The translations under genes were made by a program, and so were the position numbers. From assembly GCF_963921235.1 (NCBI RefSeq), contig NC_086101.1:190898001-190962000 (forward strand): a DNA stretch of 64,000 bases, given 5' to 3'. Numbering within the stretch: position 1 is the first letter of the stretch; each line of letters opens with the position of its first letter. Shown one piece after another: positions 1 through 11,400 of this stretch. The notes under the pieces are model-generated. The model saw only the letters and a list, made by a program, of their open reading frames with translations. It was not told the origin of the DNA and searched no databases. The DNA is from Mobula hypostoma (lineage: Eukaryota).

Positions 1-322
1 CTGGGAGAGTCCAGTACCAGAGGGCATGGTTTAAGAATAAGGGGTAGGTCATTTAGGACAGAGTTGAGGAGGAACTTCTTCTCCCAGAGAGTTGTGGAGG
101 TGTGGAACGCGCTGCCTCAGAAGGCAGTGGAGGCCAATTCTCTGTATGCTTTCAAGAAGGAGCTAGATAGATATCTTATGGATAGGGGAATAAAGGGTTA
201 TGGGGATAAGGCAGGAACCGGGTATTGATAGTAGATGATCAGCTATGATCTCAGAATGGCGGTGCAGGCTCGAAGGGCCGAATGGTCTACTTCTGCACCT
301 ATTGAATATTGTCTATTGTCTA
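1..322 (+). mobile_element. CR1 LINE 3' end (end of ORF2, 3' UTR, (CTATTGT)n-like tail)
   Basis: Encodes LGESSTRGHGLRIRG...RRNFFSQRVVEVWNALP, the CR1 ORF2 C-terminus; the same 3' end recurs at ~26740-26925. Confidence 0.85.
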
Positions 323-2165
323 TTTCTGCCCCTCAATCAACCAATCACCTCAGACTCCTGACTCACCCCTCCTCAGTCTGCCAATGACTTCAAATCCTGT
401 CTCACCCCTACTCAATTCATGAATCACATGAGTCTCCTGTCTCACCCCTCCACAATCCATCAATCAACTGAGACTCCAGTCATACTCCTCCTCGATCCAT
501 CAATCACCCCATACTCATCTCACTCCTGCTCAATCCCGCAAGCAACTCAGACTCATGTCGCATCCTCAATTCAACAAACACTTAATACTGCTGCCTAAGC
601 CCTCCTCAAACTATCAATCGCTTCAGATTCTTGTCTCACCTCTCCTCAATCCATCCATCAACTGAGACAACAGTAAGACCCCTCCTCAATCCATCAACAA
701 AATCAGACTCCTTTCTCACCCCTCCTCAATACATCAAACACCTCACACTCTGTCTGACCACTCCTCAGTACAGGAATCACATCAGACTCATCTCACAAGT
801 CCACAATCCATAAAAAAAAACTTTAGAAATATGTCTCATCCCCTCCTCAATCTATCAGTCACCTCAGACTCTTCTCACTCTCCTCCTCAATCGATCAATT
901 ACTTCAGACTCCTGTCTCACTCCTCCACAATCGCTCAATTACGTCAGACTCCTGTCTCACCTCTCCTCAATCCTTTAGTCATCACAGATGCTTCTCGCAG
1001 CTTCTCATTCCGTCAATCACCCAAGTCTCACTCATCGTCAATCCACCAATCATCCCAGACTCCTGTCTCAACCTTTCTCAATCCATCAATCAACCGAGAC
1101 TAATGTCTTAGCACTCCTCTATCCATCAATCACCTCAGACACATCTCACCCCTCCTCAAACCATCAATCTCCTCAGACTCCTCTCTCACCCCTCTTCAAA
1201 CCATCAATCACCTCATACTCCTGTGTCAACGTTCTCAATGCATCAATAACTTCAGACTCCTGTCTTCCTGCTTCTCAGTACACCAATCACCTCAGACTCC
1301 TAGCTCACCCCTCCTCAGTCTACCAATGACTTCAAATCCTGTCTCACCCCTCCATAATCCATCAATCAGCTGAGACTCCAGTCAGACCCCTCCTCAATCC
1401 ATCAATCACCTCATACTCGTCTCACTCCTCCTCAATCCTTCAATCATCTCAGACTCATGTCGCATCCTCAATTCATCAATCACTTAATACTCTGGCCTCA
1501 GCCCTCCTCAACTATCAATCACTTCAGATTCTTGACTCACCCCTCCTCAATCCATCAATCACCTCAGACTAGTCTCACTGCTCATCAATCCATCAATCAC
1601 CTCAGAGTCCGGTCGCGTATCTCCTCAATTCTTCAGCCACCTGAGATCACTGCCTCTCCTCTCCGCTATCGATCAATCGCCTCAGACTCCTGTCTTTCCC
1701 CTCCTCAATCCAAGAGTCACTTCAGACTTCTCTCTCACTCCTCAGCAATCCATCAATAAACTCAGACTCCTTTATCATCCCTCCCCAATCCTTCAGTCAC
1801 CTCAGTCCCCTGTCTCCCCTCTCTTCAATCCATCTATCACCTCAGAATCCAGTCTCACTCCTCCTCAATCCATGAATCAGCTCAGACTCCTGACTCTACC
1901 CTCCTCAATCCATCTATCTATTCACACTACTGTCTCAACCCTCCTCAATCCATCAATCACTGACTCATTTTTCACCCCTCCTTAATTTTTCAATCATATC
2001 ACTCCTGTCTTATCCCTCCTCAATCTACCATCACCTCAGACTCCTGCGTCTCCCCTGCTCAATCCATCAATCACATCAGACTCCAGTCTCACGGCTGCTC
2101 AATCCGCCAATCCCCTCAGACTGCTCTTTCCTTTTCCTCTGGCTATTCAGCAGTCCTCTATCAGT
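323..2165. repeat. 40-bp minisatellite array (consensus CAGACTCCTGTCTCACCCCTCCTCAATCCATCAATCACCT) in intron 1 of Siglec-15-like gene 1
   Basis: Exact 40-nt periodicity is visible (e.g. 1801-1920); G-poor + strand; it generates the spurious S/P/H/Q-rich ORFs. Confidence 0.95.
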
Positions 2166-2235
2166 CCCGATGCAAACCAAAACTTCAGTGTTCTTTTACC
2201 CCCACAGATGCAGATTGTTTGTTGTTCAATTATCG

Positions 2236-2486
2236 ACCACTGTTTATTCTCTCTTTCTCTCTCTCTCTCCCTTGCTCTCCCTCTTGCCTTCTCCCCCTCC
2301 CCCTCCCCTGTCCCTCTCTCCCTCCCTCTCCCCTCTCCCTCCCTCCCTCTCTACCCCTCCTTCTCTCTCCTCTCTCCGCTCTCTTCCCCTCTCTCTCGCT
2401 CCCTCTCACTCTCCCTCTCTCCCCCTCTCTCGCACTCACTCACTCAATCTCTGTCTCACTCACCCCCAGTATCTTTCTCTCTCTGC
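2236..2486 (+). repeat. Compound (CT)n/C-rich microsatellite forming an extended polypyrimidine tract before the V1 acceptor
   Basis: About 250 nt of almost pure C/T ending in CTGCAG (AG at 2487-2488). Confidence 0.9.
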
Positions 2487-2488
2487 AG

Positions 2489-2872
2489 ACTGGTCAATCT
2501 ATGGTTTGTCAATGTCCGGCGCTGATGTGGTCTCTGCGGTGGAAGGGAACTCCGCTGTGCTACCGTGTACTTTCACCTACCTACCCAGAAACCTCGTCCC
2601 TTCCGGCACCGTGATCTGGTACTGGGAGAAACCAGGTGCGAGAAACCCGGTATTTCACTGCACATATCCCGTTTCCGGCCGCTCCGGGTGCGGTACAACA
2701 ACACTGAAGACTGGAGGAGGGCGGTTCGGATTCGTGGGGAACCTCAGTCAGAGAGATGCCTCGATAATGGTGCAGCGTCTGAACCGGAGTGACGGTGGTC
2801 GGTATCAGTGCCGGGTGGAGCTCAATGTTGGTAACATTCAAACGGCGGTTCTAACAGCGCTGTCTGTGAGAG
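2489..2872 (+). CDS. siglec15l: Exon: Siglec-15-like N-terminal V-set Ig domain (V1), gene 1
   Basis: Acceptor AG 2487-88, donor GTGAGG 2873, 384 nt, phase 1-1, open. Translation DWSIYGLSMSGADVVSAVEGNSAVLPCTF..VIWY..PVFHC..GC..GRFGFVGNLSQRDASIMVQRLNRSDGGRYQCRVE matches the Siglec-15 pattern as I recall it (AVLPCTF, VFRC/LC extra Cys pair, RFRLLGN, YFCRVE). F-strand Arg is CGG 2812-2814. Confidence 0.9.
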
Positions 2873-3180
2873 GTGAGGACGATGTTCAAACATTATTTAC
2901 AACTACGTTTTGCAGGATAATCATGTCAAATTGCACGTGATTGTCATGTGCACATCACATAGAACACTTCAGCCCACAATGTTGTGCTGGCCCTTAAATC
3001 TGGTCCAAAATCAATCTAACCCTTGCCTCCCACACACCCCTCCATTTCTATAACATCCGTCTCAGAGTCTCTCTCTCTCTTGCTCTTTCACTCTCTCGCG
3101 CGCGCGTGCGCGCGTTCTCTCTGTTTCTCCTTCTGATTCTCAGTCTGTCTCTCTCTCTGTCTCTCTCTGTCTCTGTCTTC

Positions 3181-3855
3181 AAATTTGACCTACCGAAATG
3201 AACCACTTAACACTTATCTGGGTTAAAGTCCATCTGCCACTTCTCAGCCCAGTTCTGCATCCTATCGATGCTCCGCTGTAACCTCTGACAGACCTCCAGA
3301 CTATCCACAACACCTCCCAATGTTGTGACTTCAGCACAAACCGACGCTTCTACTTCCTCCTCCGGGTCATTTGTAAAAATCACAAAGAGGAGGGGTTCCA
3401 GTACAGATCCCGACGGACCACCACTGGTCACCGACCTGCTTGCAGAACACTCTTAGTCTGACCTCTACCCTTTGACCTGTTAGACATGGGCGATTGTCAC
3501 AAATGTACTTAAATGTGCCTGCCTCTACCACATACTCGGCGAGGTGTTCTACACACCCACCATTCTCTGTGTAATGAACCTGCCTCTGACATCCTCCCTA
3601 TACTTTCCTCCAATCACCTGAAAATTATGCCCCTTTATACTAGTCATTTCTACACCAGGAAAATTCTCTGGCTGTATGCTCGATTATGCCTCTTATCAAC
3701 TTGTTCACCTCTATCAGGTCACCTCTCATCTTTCTTCACTCCCAAGAGGAAGTTTCCAGCTCGCTCAACCTTTCCTCATTAAACCTGCTCTCTGGTCCAG
3801 GCAGCGTCCTGGTAGATCTCCTCTGCATCCTCTCTAAAGCTTCCTCATCCTTCCT
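3181..3855 (-). mobile_element. Decayed CR1 LINE RT/3' fragment, shared with the copy-2 intron (49340-50010)
   Basis: ORF 3207-3431: GSVLEPLLFVIF..KWQMDFNPDKC. Confidence 0.8.
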
Positions 3856-5094
3856 ATAAAGACCTGAGCGGCACTGAACTTATTGCTGCTGCAGGTACGA
3901 TTTTCACTGCACGTCTGCCGACGTGTCTGCACAGGTGCAGTGAAACTCTAGTTGCCGCAGCAACACAGGTACAGAGCGTCGCATCAGAAAAGCTGCAATC
4001 AAGTTCAAGTTTATTGTCATCTGACTGTACACATATATAGAGCCAAACGAAACCACCTTCTTCCGGATCAATTTGTTGGACACTTTCAATACAGCGAATA
4101 TTATGCCGCAAAGTGTTCACTGTAGAATTCCCTGTCAAACACACCAGCTCAGGCTGTTGAACACTTTCAGTACGGTCAGTATTACACTGGAGAGGGTGCA
4201 GAGTAGATTCAAATCAAGTTCAAGTTTAATGTCATCTGACTGCATATATCCACAACCAAATGAAGCAATGTTCCTCTGGACCACGGTGAACCAACACAAC
4301 ATACGTGTCACACAGCTCATAAAACAAAATATTTTCACAAGTATGTTGATAACATGTCGTTTAAAGTGTATGGAGTGTGCAGCAGAGCTACAGAGTAAAC
4401 AGGGAGCAGAATGCTATCTTAGTGAGGAGAACAAAGAGGTGCAAATGCATTTATTAGTCTCATTCATGAATTAAAATTAAAAATGAATTATTACATGAAT
4501 CTTTACATTTTTACAAGTGAAAAACACAATTATACCAAATGAAAAATAAAATCCACTTTAATGCAGTTGAAACAATTTAATACAGTGTCGATACACTGTA
4601 GTGCTACACCGTACTGACGAGTACTGTTACACTGTAGTGACTAGTGTTGTTTTACTGCACAGATCAGTGTTGTTGCACTGAATTGATTAGTGTTGTTACA
4701 GTGTACTTGCTTATGCTGCTACACTGTAATGGCTGGTGTTACACTGTACTGATTGGTGTTGTTATACTGTGCTGATGAGTGTTGTTACACTGTCCTGATC
4801 AATGTTGGTGTCAATTGGTTGAACAACTGAATGGTTGAAGGGAATTAGCTGTTCCTGAACGTGGTGGTATGAGATTTAGGCTTCTCTACCTCCTGCCCGA
4901 TGGGACTGTTTTATGTTCGAAAGAGTTTCTCTTGTTGGAATGGTTTGCAATTAGTCAGACACATGTGGGGGTGTTTTCATTTGGGAGGGTGCTGTGGGAA
5001 GTTTTTATTATTTTATAGGCTGGAAATTTTGTCATTGTTTAAACATGTTTGGTGGTGGTTAACTGATTTATTCTGGCACCTGTCCTTCCCTCAG

Positions 5095-5484
5095 CTCCCG
5101 GCGAGAGTGTCTCTGTGATGACTGGAACCGAGGGAGCTTCGGCCACGTTACCCTGTGAGTTCACACGGCCTCCGCAGAGCCTTACCGCACACAGGGTGAC
5201 GTGGATGAGGAAGGATCCCTACCGACACATCGTCACATTCAGGCGTTATGAAAATGGATTGTGGGCAGCGGAAAACAGAGCGACTTGGTACGAGCTCGTC
5301 GGGGACCCAGAGCGGGGAAACGTCTTGATCAGGATAAAGCAGCTGAGTGTGGAGGACAGTCACAGCTACCTGTGTCTGGCTGAGTTCAGGAAAATGAACC
5401 ATGATTATTCATTCGACAGAGACCACGTCAAACCCCCACTTATCCATGTGTTCCAGAGTGAGATCCAGCTGCAGGTCAGACCAG
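5095..5484 (+). CDS. Exon: second V-set Ig domain, copy V2a (intact)
   Basis: TGTCCTTCCCTCAG acceptor, GTAAGA donor, 390 nt, phase 1-1. SATLPCEF..VTWMRK..YELVGDP..GNVLIRIKQLSVEDSHSYLC has the canonical Cys-Trp-Cys and D-x-x-x-Y-x-C motif. Confidence 0.9.
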
Positions 5485-7044
5485 GTAAGAAACAATTGAC
5501 CCATTCTGGAGGGTACGCGGAGGATGTAAGAGGGAGCAGGAATGGGAAGACGCATCTCACGATGTTCCGGTGGCTGTAGCCTCGCCGCAGTGGGATCAGC
5601 TTTAGCTCCATCTGCCTGGGGGCCGTGGGGTGTAGGAATCTCGGCTGTCACACCACACGGAGGGTGGGGTGTGTGGAGAAGCGGGCAGGTGAATGGGGTA
5701 GACGGTGTAGAGAAAGATTGAATAGAATACAGAGAAGATGAGAGAATCGGCTGGAAAATGGTAGAACAGAAATAAATTACCATTTGTTTTATTTAATAAT
5801 AGAGTAAAGATCCCTCACTAGAGTTATGAAAGCGATTGTCAAATATTCATCTGGGATAATATGGAAAAGCAGAGAATATCGGTGGGTACACGGTAAACAT
5901 AAAGGACAATGATATGTAATTTTCTTCTAAAAATAAGAGAGTGTTTGAATACTTGAGTAAAGATATTACACGACAATCATTTATGTATTATATACGTTAT
6001 ACACACCCAGAGACGGTTGTCGAGTACGTCTCATGGAATGAAGGGGTTAACGTATGAACATCGTTTGATGGCTCCGGGATAGTACTCGCGGAGTTCAGAA
6101 GAATGGGCGGGGGGTGATCTGGTTGAAACTGATCGAACATTGAAAGGCCGAGAAAGAGTGGATGTAGAGAGGATTTATATGGTGGTGGAGTCTAGTACCG
6201 GAGAGCACAGCCTCAGGATAGAGCAAGGTTCATTTAGAACGGAGATGGGGAGGAATTTCTTTAGCCAGAGAGTGGTGAATATATGGAATTCGTTGCCACA
6301 GACGACTGTGAAGGTCAAGTCTTTGTCTTTACAGTGGACTCGATGCTATCTTAGTGAGGAGAACTCAGAGGTGGAAATGCATTTACTAGTCTCACTCATT
6401 AATTAAATTTAAAAATGAATTATTAATGTATCTTTACATGTTTTTTTTTGCAAGAAAAACACAATTATACCAAAGGAAAAACAAAATCCACTATAATGCA
6501 GTTGATACACTTTAATACAGTGTTGATACACTGTAATGCTACACTGTACCGACAGTGCTGTTACAGTGTAGTGACTAGTGTTGTTATACTGTAATGAATA
6601 GTGTTGTTATGCTACAGTGATTAGTGTTGCTTCACTGTACAGTGTTGTTACAGTGCACTTATTTGTGCTGTTACACTGTAATGGCTGGTGTTACACTGTA
6701 CCGTTGGTGTTGTTATACGGTACTGATGAGTGTTGTTACACTCTCTTGATTAGTGTTGGTGGTAATTGGTTCAACAACTGAATGGTTGAAGGGAATCAGC
6801 TGTTCCTGAACGTGATGGTGTGAGATTTAGGCTTCTCTACCTCCTGCCCGATGGGACTGTTTTGTGTTCGAAAGAGTTTGTCTTGTTGGAATGGTTTGCA
6901 ATTAGTCAGACATATGTGGGGGTGTTTTCATTTGGGAGGGTGCTGCGGGGAGTTTTTATTATTTTTCAGGCTGGGAATTTTGTCAGTGTTAAACATGTTT
7001 GGTGGTGGTTAACTGATTTATTCTGGCACCTGTCCTTCCCTCAG

Positions 7045-7434
7045 CTCCCGTCGAGAGTGTCTCTGTGATGACTGGAACCGAGGGAGCTTCGGCCACATTA
7101 CCCTATGAGTTCACACGGCCTCCGCAGAACCTCACCGCACACACGGTGACGTGGAGGAGGAAGGATCCCTACCGACACATCGTCACATTCATGCGTTATG
7201 AAAATGGATCGTGGGCAGCGGAAAACGGAGTGACTCGGTACGAGCTCGTCAGGGACCCAGAGCGGGGAAACGCCTCGATCAGGATAAAGCAGCTGAGTGT
7301 GGAGGACAGTCACAGCTACCTGTGTCTGGCTGAGTTCAGGAAAAGGAAACATGATTATTCATCCGACAGAGGCCATGTCACACCCCCATTTATCCATGTG
7401 TTCCAGAGTGAGATCCAGCTGCAGGTCAGACCAG
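7045..7434 (+). CDS. Exon: second V-set Ig domain, copy V2b (open frame, B-strand Cys->Tyr)
   Basis: Same splice sites, 390 nt, phase 1-1; TAT replaces TGT (LPYEF). Confidence 0.8.
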
Positions 7435-9005
7435 GTAAGAAACCATTGACATATTCTGGAGGGTACGGGGAGCATGTAAGAGGGAGGAAGGGAGCAGGAA
7501 TGTGAAGACGCATCTCACGACGTTCCGGTGGCTGTAGCCTCGCCGCTGCGGGGTCAGCTTTAGCTCCAGTTGCGTGGGGGCGGTGGGGGTGTAGGAACCT
7601 CGGCTGTCTCACCACACAGAGGGTGAGGTGTGTGGGGAAGCGGGCAGGTGAATGGGGTAGACGGTGTAGAGAAAGATTCAGTGGAATACAGAGAAGATGA
7701 GAGAATCGGCTGGAAAATGGCAGAACAGAAATACATTATTCTTTGTTTTATTTACTAATAGAGTAAAGATCCCTCACTAGAGTTATGAAAGGGATTATCA
7801 AATATTCATCTGGGATAATATGGAAAAGCAGAGAATATCGGTGGGTACACGGTAAACATAAAGGACAGTGATATGTAATTTTGTTTTAAAAATAAGAGAG
7901 TTTTTGAACGCTTGAGTAAAGATATTACACAACAATCATTTATGTATTATATACGTTATACACATCCAGAGACGGTTGTCGAGTACGTCTCATGGAATGA
8001 AAGGGTTAACGTATGAACATCGTTTGATGGCTCCGGGATAGTACTCACGGAGTTCAGAAGAATGGGAGGGGCATGATCTGGTTGAAACCTATCGAACATT
8101 GAAAGGCCGAGAAAGAGTGGATGCAGAGAGGATTTATATGGTGGTGGAGTCTAGTACCGGAGAGCCCAGGCTCAGGATAGATCAACGTCCCTTTGGAACA
8201 GAGATGGGGAGGAATTTCTTTAGCCAAAGGGTGGTGAATATGTGGAATTCGTTGCCACAGACGACTGTGAAGGTCAAGTCTTGGTCTTTACAGTGGACTC
8301 GATGCTATCTTATTGAGAAGAATTCAGAGGTGGAAATGCATTTATTAGTCTCACTCATTAATTAAATTTAAAAATGAATTATTAATGTATCTTTCCATGT
8401 TTTTTTTTTTGCAAGAAAAACACAATTATACCAAAGGAAAAAGAAAATCCACTATAATGCAGTTGATACATTTTAATGTAGTGTTGATACACTGTAGTGC
8501 TACAGTGTACCGACAGTGCTGTTACAGTGTAGTGACTAGTGTTGTTATACTGTAATGAATAGTGTTGTTATGCCGTAGTGATTAGTGATGTTTCACTGTA
8601 CAGTGTTGTCACACTGCAGTGATTAGTGTTGTTACAGTGCACTTATTTGTGCTGTTACACTGTAATGGTTGGTGTTACACTGTACCGTTGGTGTTGTTAT
8701 ACGGTACTGATTAGTGTTGGTGTCAATTGACTCAACAACTGAATGGTTGAAGGGAATTAACTGTTCCTGAACGTGGTGGTGTGAGATTTAGGCTTCTCTA
8801 CCTCCTGCCCGATCGGACTGTTTTATGTTCGAAAGAGTTTCTCTTGTTGGAATGGTTTCCAATTAGTCAGATACCTGTGGGGGTGTTTTCATTTGGAAGG
8901 GTGCTGTGGGAAGTTTTTATTATTTTGTCGGCTGGAAATTTTGTCAGTGTTAAACATGTTTGGTGGTGGTTAACTGATGTATTCTGTCACCTGTCCTTCC
9001 CTCAG

Positions 9006-9361
9006 CTCCCGGCGAGAGTGTCTCTGTGATGACTGGAACCGAGGGAGCTTCGGCCACGTTACCCTGTGAGTTCACACGGCCTCCGCAGAACCTCACCGCA
9101 CACACGGTGACGTGGATGAGGAAGGATCCCTACCGACACATCGTCACATTCAGGCGTTATGAAAATGGATCGTGGGCAGCGGAAATCGGAGTGACTCGAT
9201 ACGAGCTCGTCGGGGACCCAAAGCGGGGAAACACCTTGATCAGGATAAAGCAGCTGAGTGTGGAGGACAGTCACAGCTACCTGTGCCTGGCTGAGTTCAG
9301 GAAAAGGAAACATGATTATTTATCCAACAGAGGCCATGTCACGACGTTCCGGTGGCTGTAG
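9006..9361 (+). pseudogene. V2c exon copy with the 3' end and splice donor deleted; reads into TFRWL* (stop 9359-9361)
   Basis: Acceptor intact. At ~9342 the sequence jumps from the V2b equivalent of 7381 to 7519 (TCAC microhomology); a second deletion lies at ~9379. Confidence 0.85.
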
Positions 9362-9780
9362 CCTCGCCGCTGCGGGGTCGGTTGTCGAGTACGTCTCATG
9401 GAATGAAAGGGTTAACGTATGAACATCGTTTGATGGCTCGGGGATAGTACTCGCGGAGTTCAGAAGAATGGGAGGAGCGTGATCTGGTTGAAACCGATCT
9501 AACATTGAAAAGCCGAGAAGCTCCTAATCCTTATGATCTGTGGGCTTACCACAGGTTAAAACTTTTTGTTCAGAAGTTTAATTCTTGTCACTCTGATCTC
9601 TACATTCTTATTAATATCCTTTTTTAAATTCCTTCACACACGCTATCATCTGTAGCTTTTTCATTATAAATCTGATGAATTATAAATTCGTCTACGCACC
9701 TACAGATTTTAATCAGTCTACATTATTGGTCTCTGCCCCTCTGCCTGAGTCTGGATTGACCTCTCTCCCTTTCACTTCAG

Positions 9781-9880
9781 GGACAGACGCTTTTGCCGAG
9801 CTGATGTTGTGTATCCCACTCGGATTGAAAACTCTCGCCCTTTTAGTGATGGGCGCCGTTCTCTGTTGTGACAAACTCAG
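9781..9880 (+). CDS. siglec15l: Transmembrane exon with intramembrane lysine (Siglec-15/DAP12-coupling type)
   Basis: CTCTCTCCCTTTCACTTCAG acceptor, phase 1. (G)TDAFAELMLCIPLGLKTLALLVMGAVLCCDKL, Lys AAA at 9828-9830; LGLKTLALL resembles Siglec-15 LGFKALLLL (recalled). Donor AG|GTACTG at 9881, or read-through RYCT* to 9893. Confidence 0.8.
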
Positions 9881-10179
9881 GTACTGTACGTAATAATGCT
9901 GAAGGCTCTTGCCGTGACGTGACAGAAATCCGATTCACTGAGACAGTCGGTGGGTGTTGGGAATTGTCTCAAATAGTTGAGGCGTACTGCCAGTACTTGT
10001 CGGTTGCTGTTTGTGGGGGCACCGCAGAAAATACTCGTTGCACTCCTGCATCATAAGATGACTCCTGCAGAAGTGTTTGTAGGCTGTTTAGCGTTTTCAG
10101 ATTCCTTTCAGATTAAATGTACCCACCAGATACCTGCTGAATGATAGACAAATGTAAGGATGTGTAGAAGCAAATGAGA

Positions 10180-10305
10180 GAAAACCTGCAGATGCTGTAA
10201 ATTAAAGTAACACACACAAAATGCTGGAGGAACTCAGCAGGCCGGGCAGCATCTATGGAAAAAAGTACAGTCGCCGTTTCTTGCAGAGACCCTTCGGCAG
10301 GATGA
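10180..10305 (-). mobile_element. Short Penelope pLTR-derived element
   Basis: AATGCTGGAGGAACTCAGCAGGCCGGGCAGCATCT...GAGACCCTTC is similar to the ends of the Penelope arms at 51240-51330 and 53510-53600. Confidence 0.6.
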
Positions 10306-10339
10306 GAGGAAAGGGTTAGAGCATCTGGTGCCTTTTGTT

Positions 10340-10520
10340 AGAAAGTATGTACGCGCTTCCTATATGCGCGTCGGTTTCCTCCGGGTGCTCTGGCTTCCTC
10401 GCACGGTCCAAAAAATTCCGGTTATCAGATTAATTGATCATTGTAAACCGTGTTGTGATTAGGCTAGCATTACATCCATGAGTTGCTGGGTGTCACGACT
10501 CGGTGGACCGTTGTTTCTGT
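10340..10520 (+). mobile_element. V-SINE/HE1-like SINE remnant; related copies at ~16060-16260 and ~25560-25740
   Basis: GGTTTCCTCCGGGTGCTCTGGCTTCCTC..TCCAAA..TTAATTGATCATTGTAAA resembles the V-SINE core. Confidence 0.55.
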
Positions 10521-11089
10521 AAATAACAAAATGATAAGTAATAGATTGTGCTTAGAGAAGACTGATAGGCTGGCATAACATCGACGGCCGAAGGGTCTGC
10601 AGTGTGCTCTAATGGTCTATGTTCGAAATACGAATCTAATTTTGATGTGCACAAAAGGACACGCTGCAACAATGCGGGAAAGTCTTGACTCTCCCCATCC
10701 CACGTGCACTGGGATCAGGTACTGCAATCAACCCAGGATGAATATGGCCCCTTGGTCTACACAAAACTAGTCCATGAGGCGAATTCCCTCAGAGATTTAG
10801 CTCTTGACTGAATCCCTGCAGCCATCTTTCTTAAGAATAATTCAATTTAAATTGCTATTGTATCAACTTCAAACGTATTAACACTGAAAAATAATTCAAA
10901 TGATTTCCATGCCTCTTATATCATTGATAATCCGGTTCCTCCTTAAATTACAGCCCCGATCTGTTACTGACCCCAATATGTTGCACTTACTTAGCTCCTA
11001 TGATTTTTGTATCCACTTCCCTCTCTTCCGGATTCATCCTAAGAAATCTGATAATCAAATGCCTGTGTCCTAGAAATTGAGTCACAGCT

Positions 11090-11400
11090 AGGATTAACTT
11101 CACTCTGCCATACATAGAAGGATTTTCCTCTAGAACGCATATTCCGAGGAATTTCCTGAGCCAGAAGGTGGTGAGTCTGTGGAATTTATTGCCACAAACG
11201 GCTGTGGGAATACTGAAAACAGAGATTGATGGGTACTTGATTAGTAAGGGCGTCAAAGTTGACGGCGTAAGTACAGGAGAATAGGGTTTGGTAGGGATAA
11301 TAAATCAACCACGGTGGAATGCAGAACAGAATAGAAGGGCTGAATTCCGAAAGTCTGATGATATTTTATATGCTCTTATGGTCTTAATCTAAGTACCATA
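11090..11400 (+). mobile_element. Decayed CR1 3' fragment
   Basis: FLSQKVVSLWNLLP-like reading at ~11150-11200. Confidence 0.6.

Larger units (their letters stand above)
4411..9519. repeat. Tandem triplication of a ~1.95-kb cassette carrying the V2 exon (units 4411-6342, 6343-8301, 8302-~9519)
   Basis: ATGCTATCTTA starts each unit; each has the same order of AT-rich stretch, GTGTTGTTACACTGTA-type minisatellite, Rex fragment, V2 exon and CR1 fragment; exon offsets are 1950 and 1961 nt. Confidence 0.95.

Noticed and set aside
323-2165. Satellite or 37-38 kb repeats as a CRISPR array
   Set aside because: Degenerate head-to-tail units, no unique spacers, no cas genes, vertebrate context
323-2165. 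Satellite as an Ig switch-like R-loop region
   Set aside because: The sense strand is C-rich, not G-rich, and it lacks dense AGCT motifs
631-2170. S/P/H/Q-rich ORFs (also 45567-48584) as mucin-like proteins
   Set aside because: Read-throughs of the 40-bp satellite; 40 is not a multiple of 3 and stops are scattered
2170-2940. ORF-track 256-aa ORF (and 61750-62337, 48125-48613) as single-exon genes; acceptor-like CCACAG|ATG at 2207
   Set aside because: The N-terminal part is translated CT microsatellite; the real exon starts at the CAG acceptor, and the upstream AG has no matching donor
2489-7434. V exons as rearranging Ig/TCR/NAR V segments
   Set aside because: Each encodes a complete V domain through the G strand and ends in a GT donor; no heptamer-nonamer RSS follows and no J or C segments are seen
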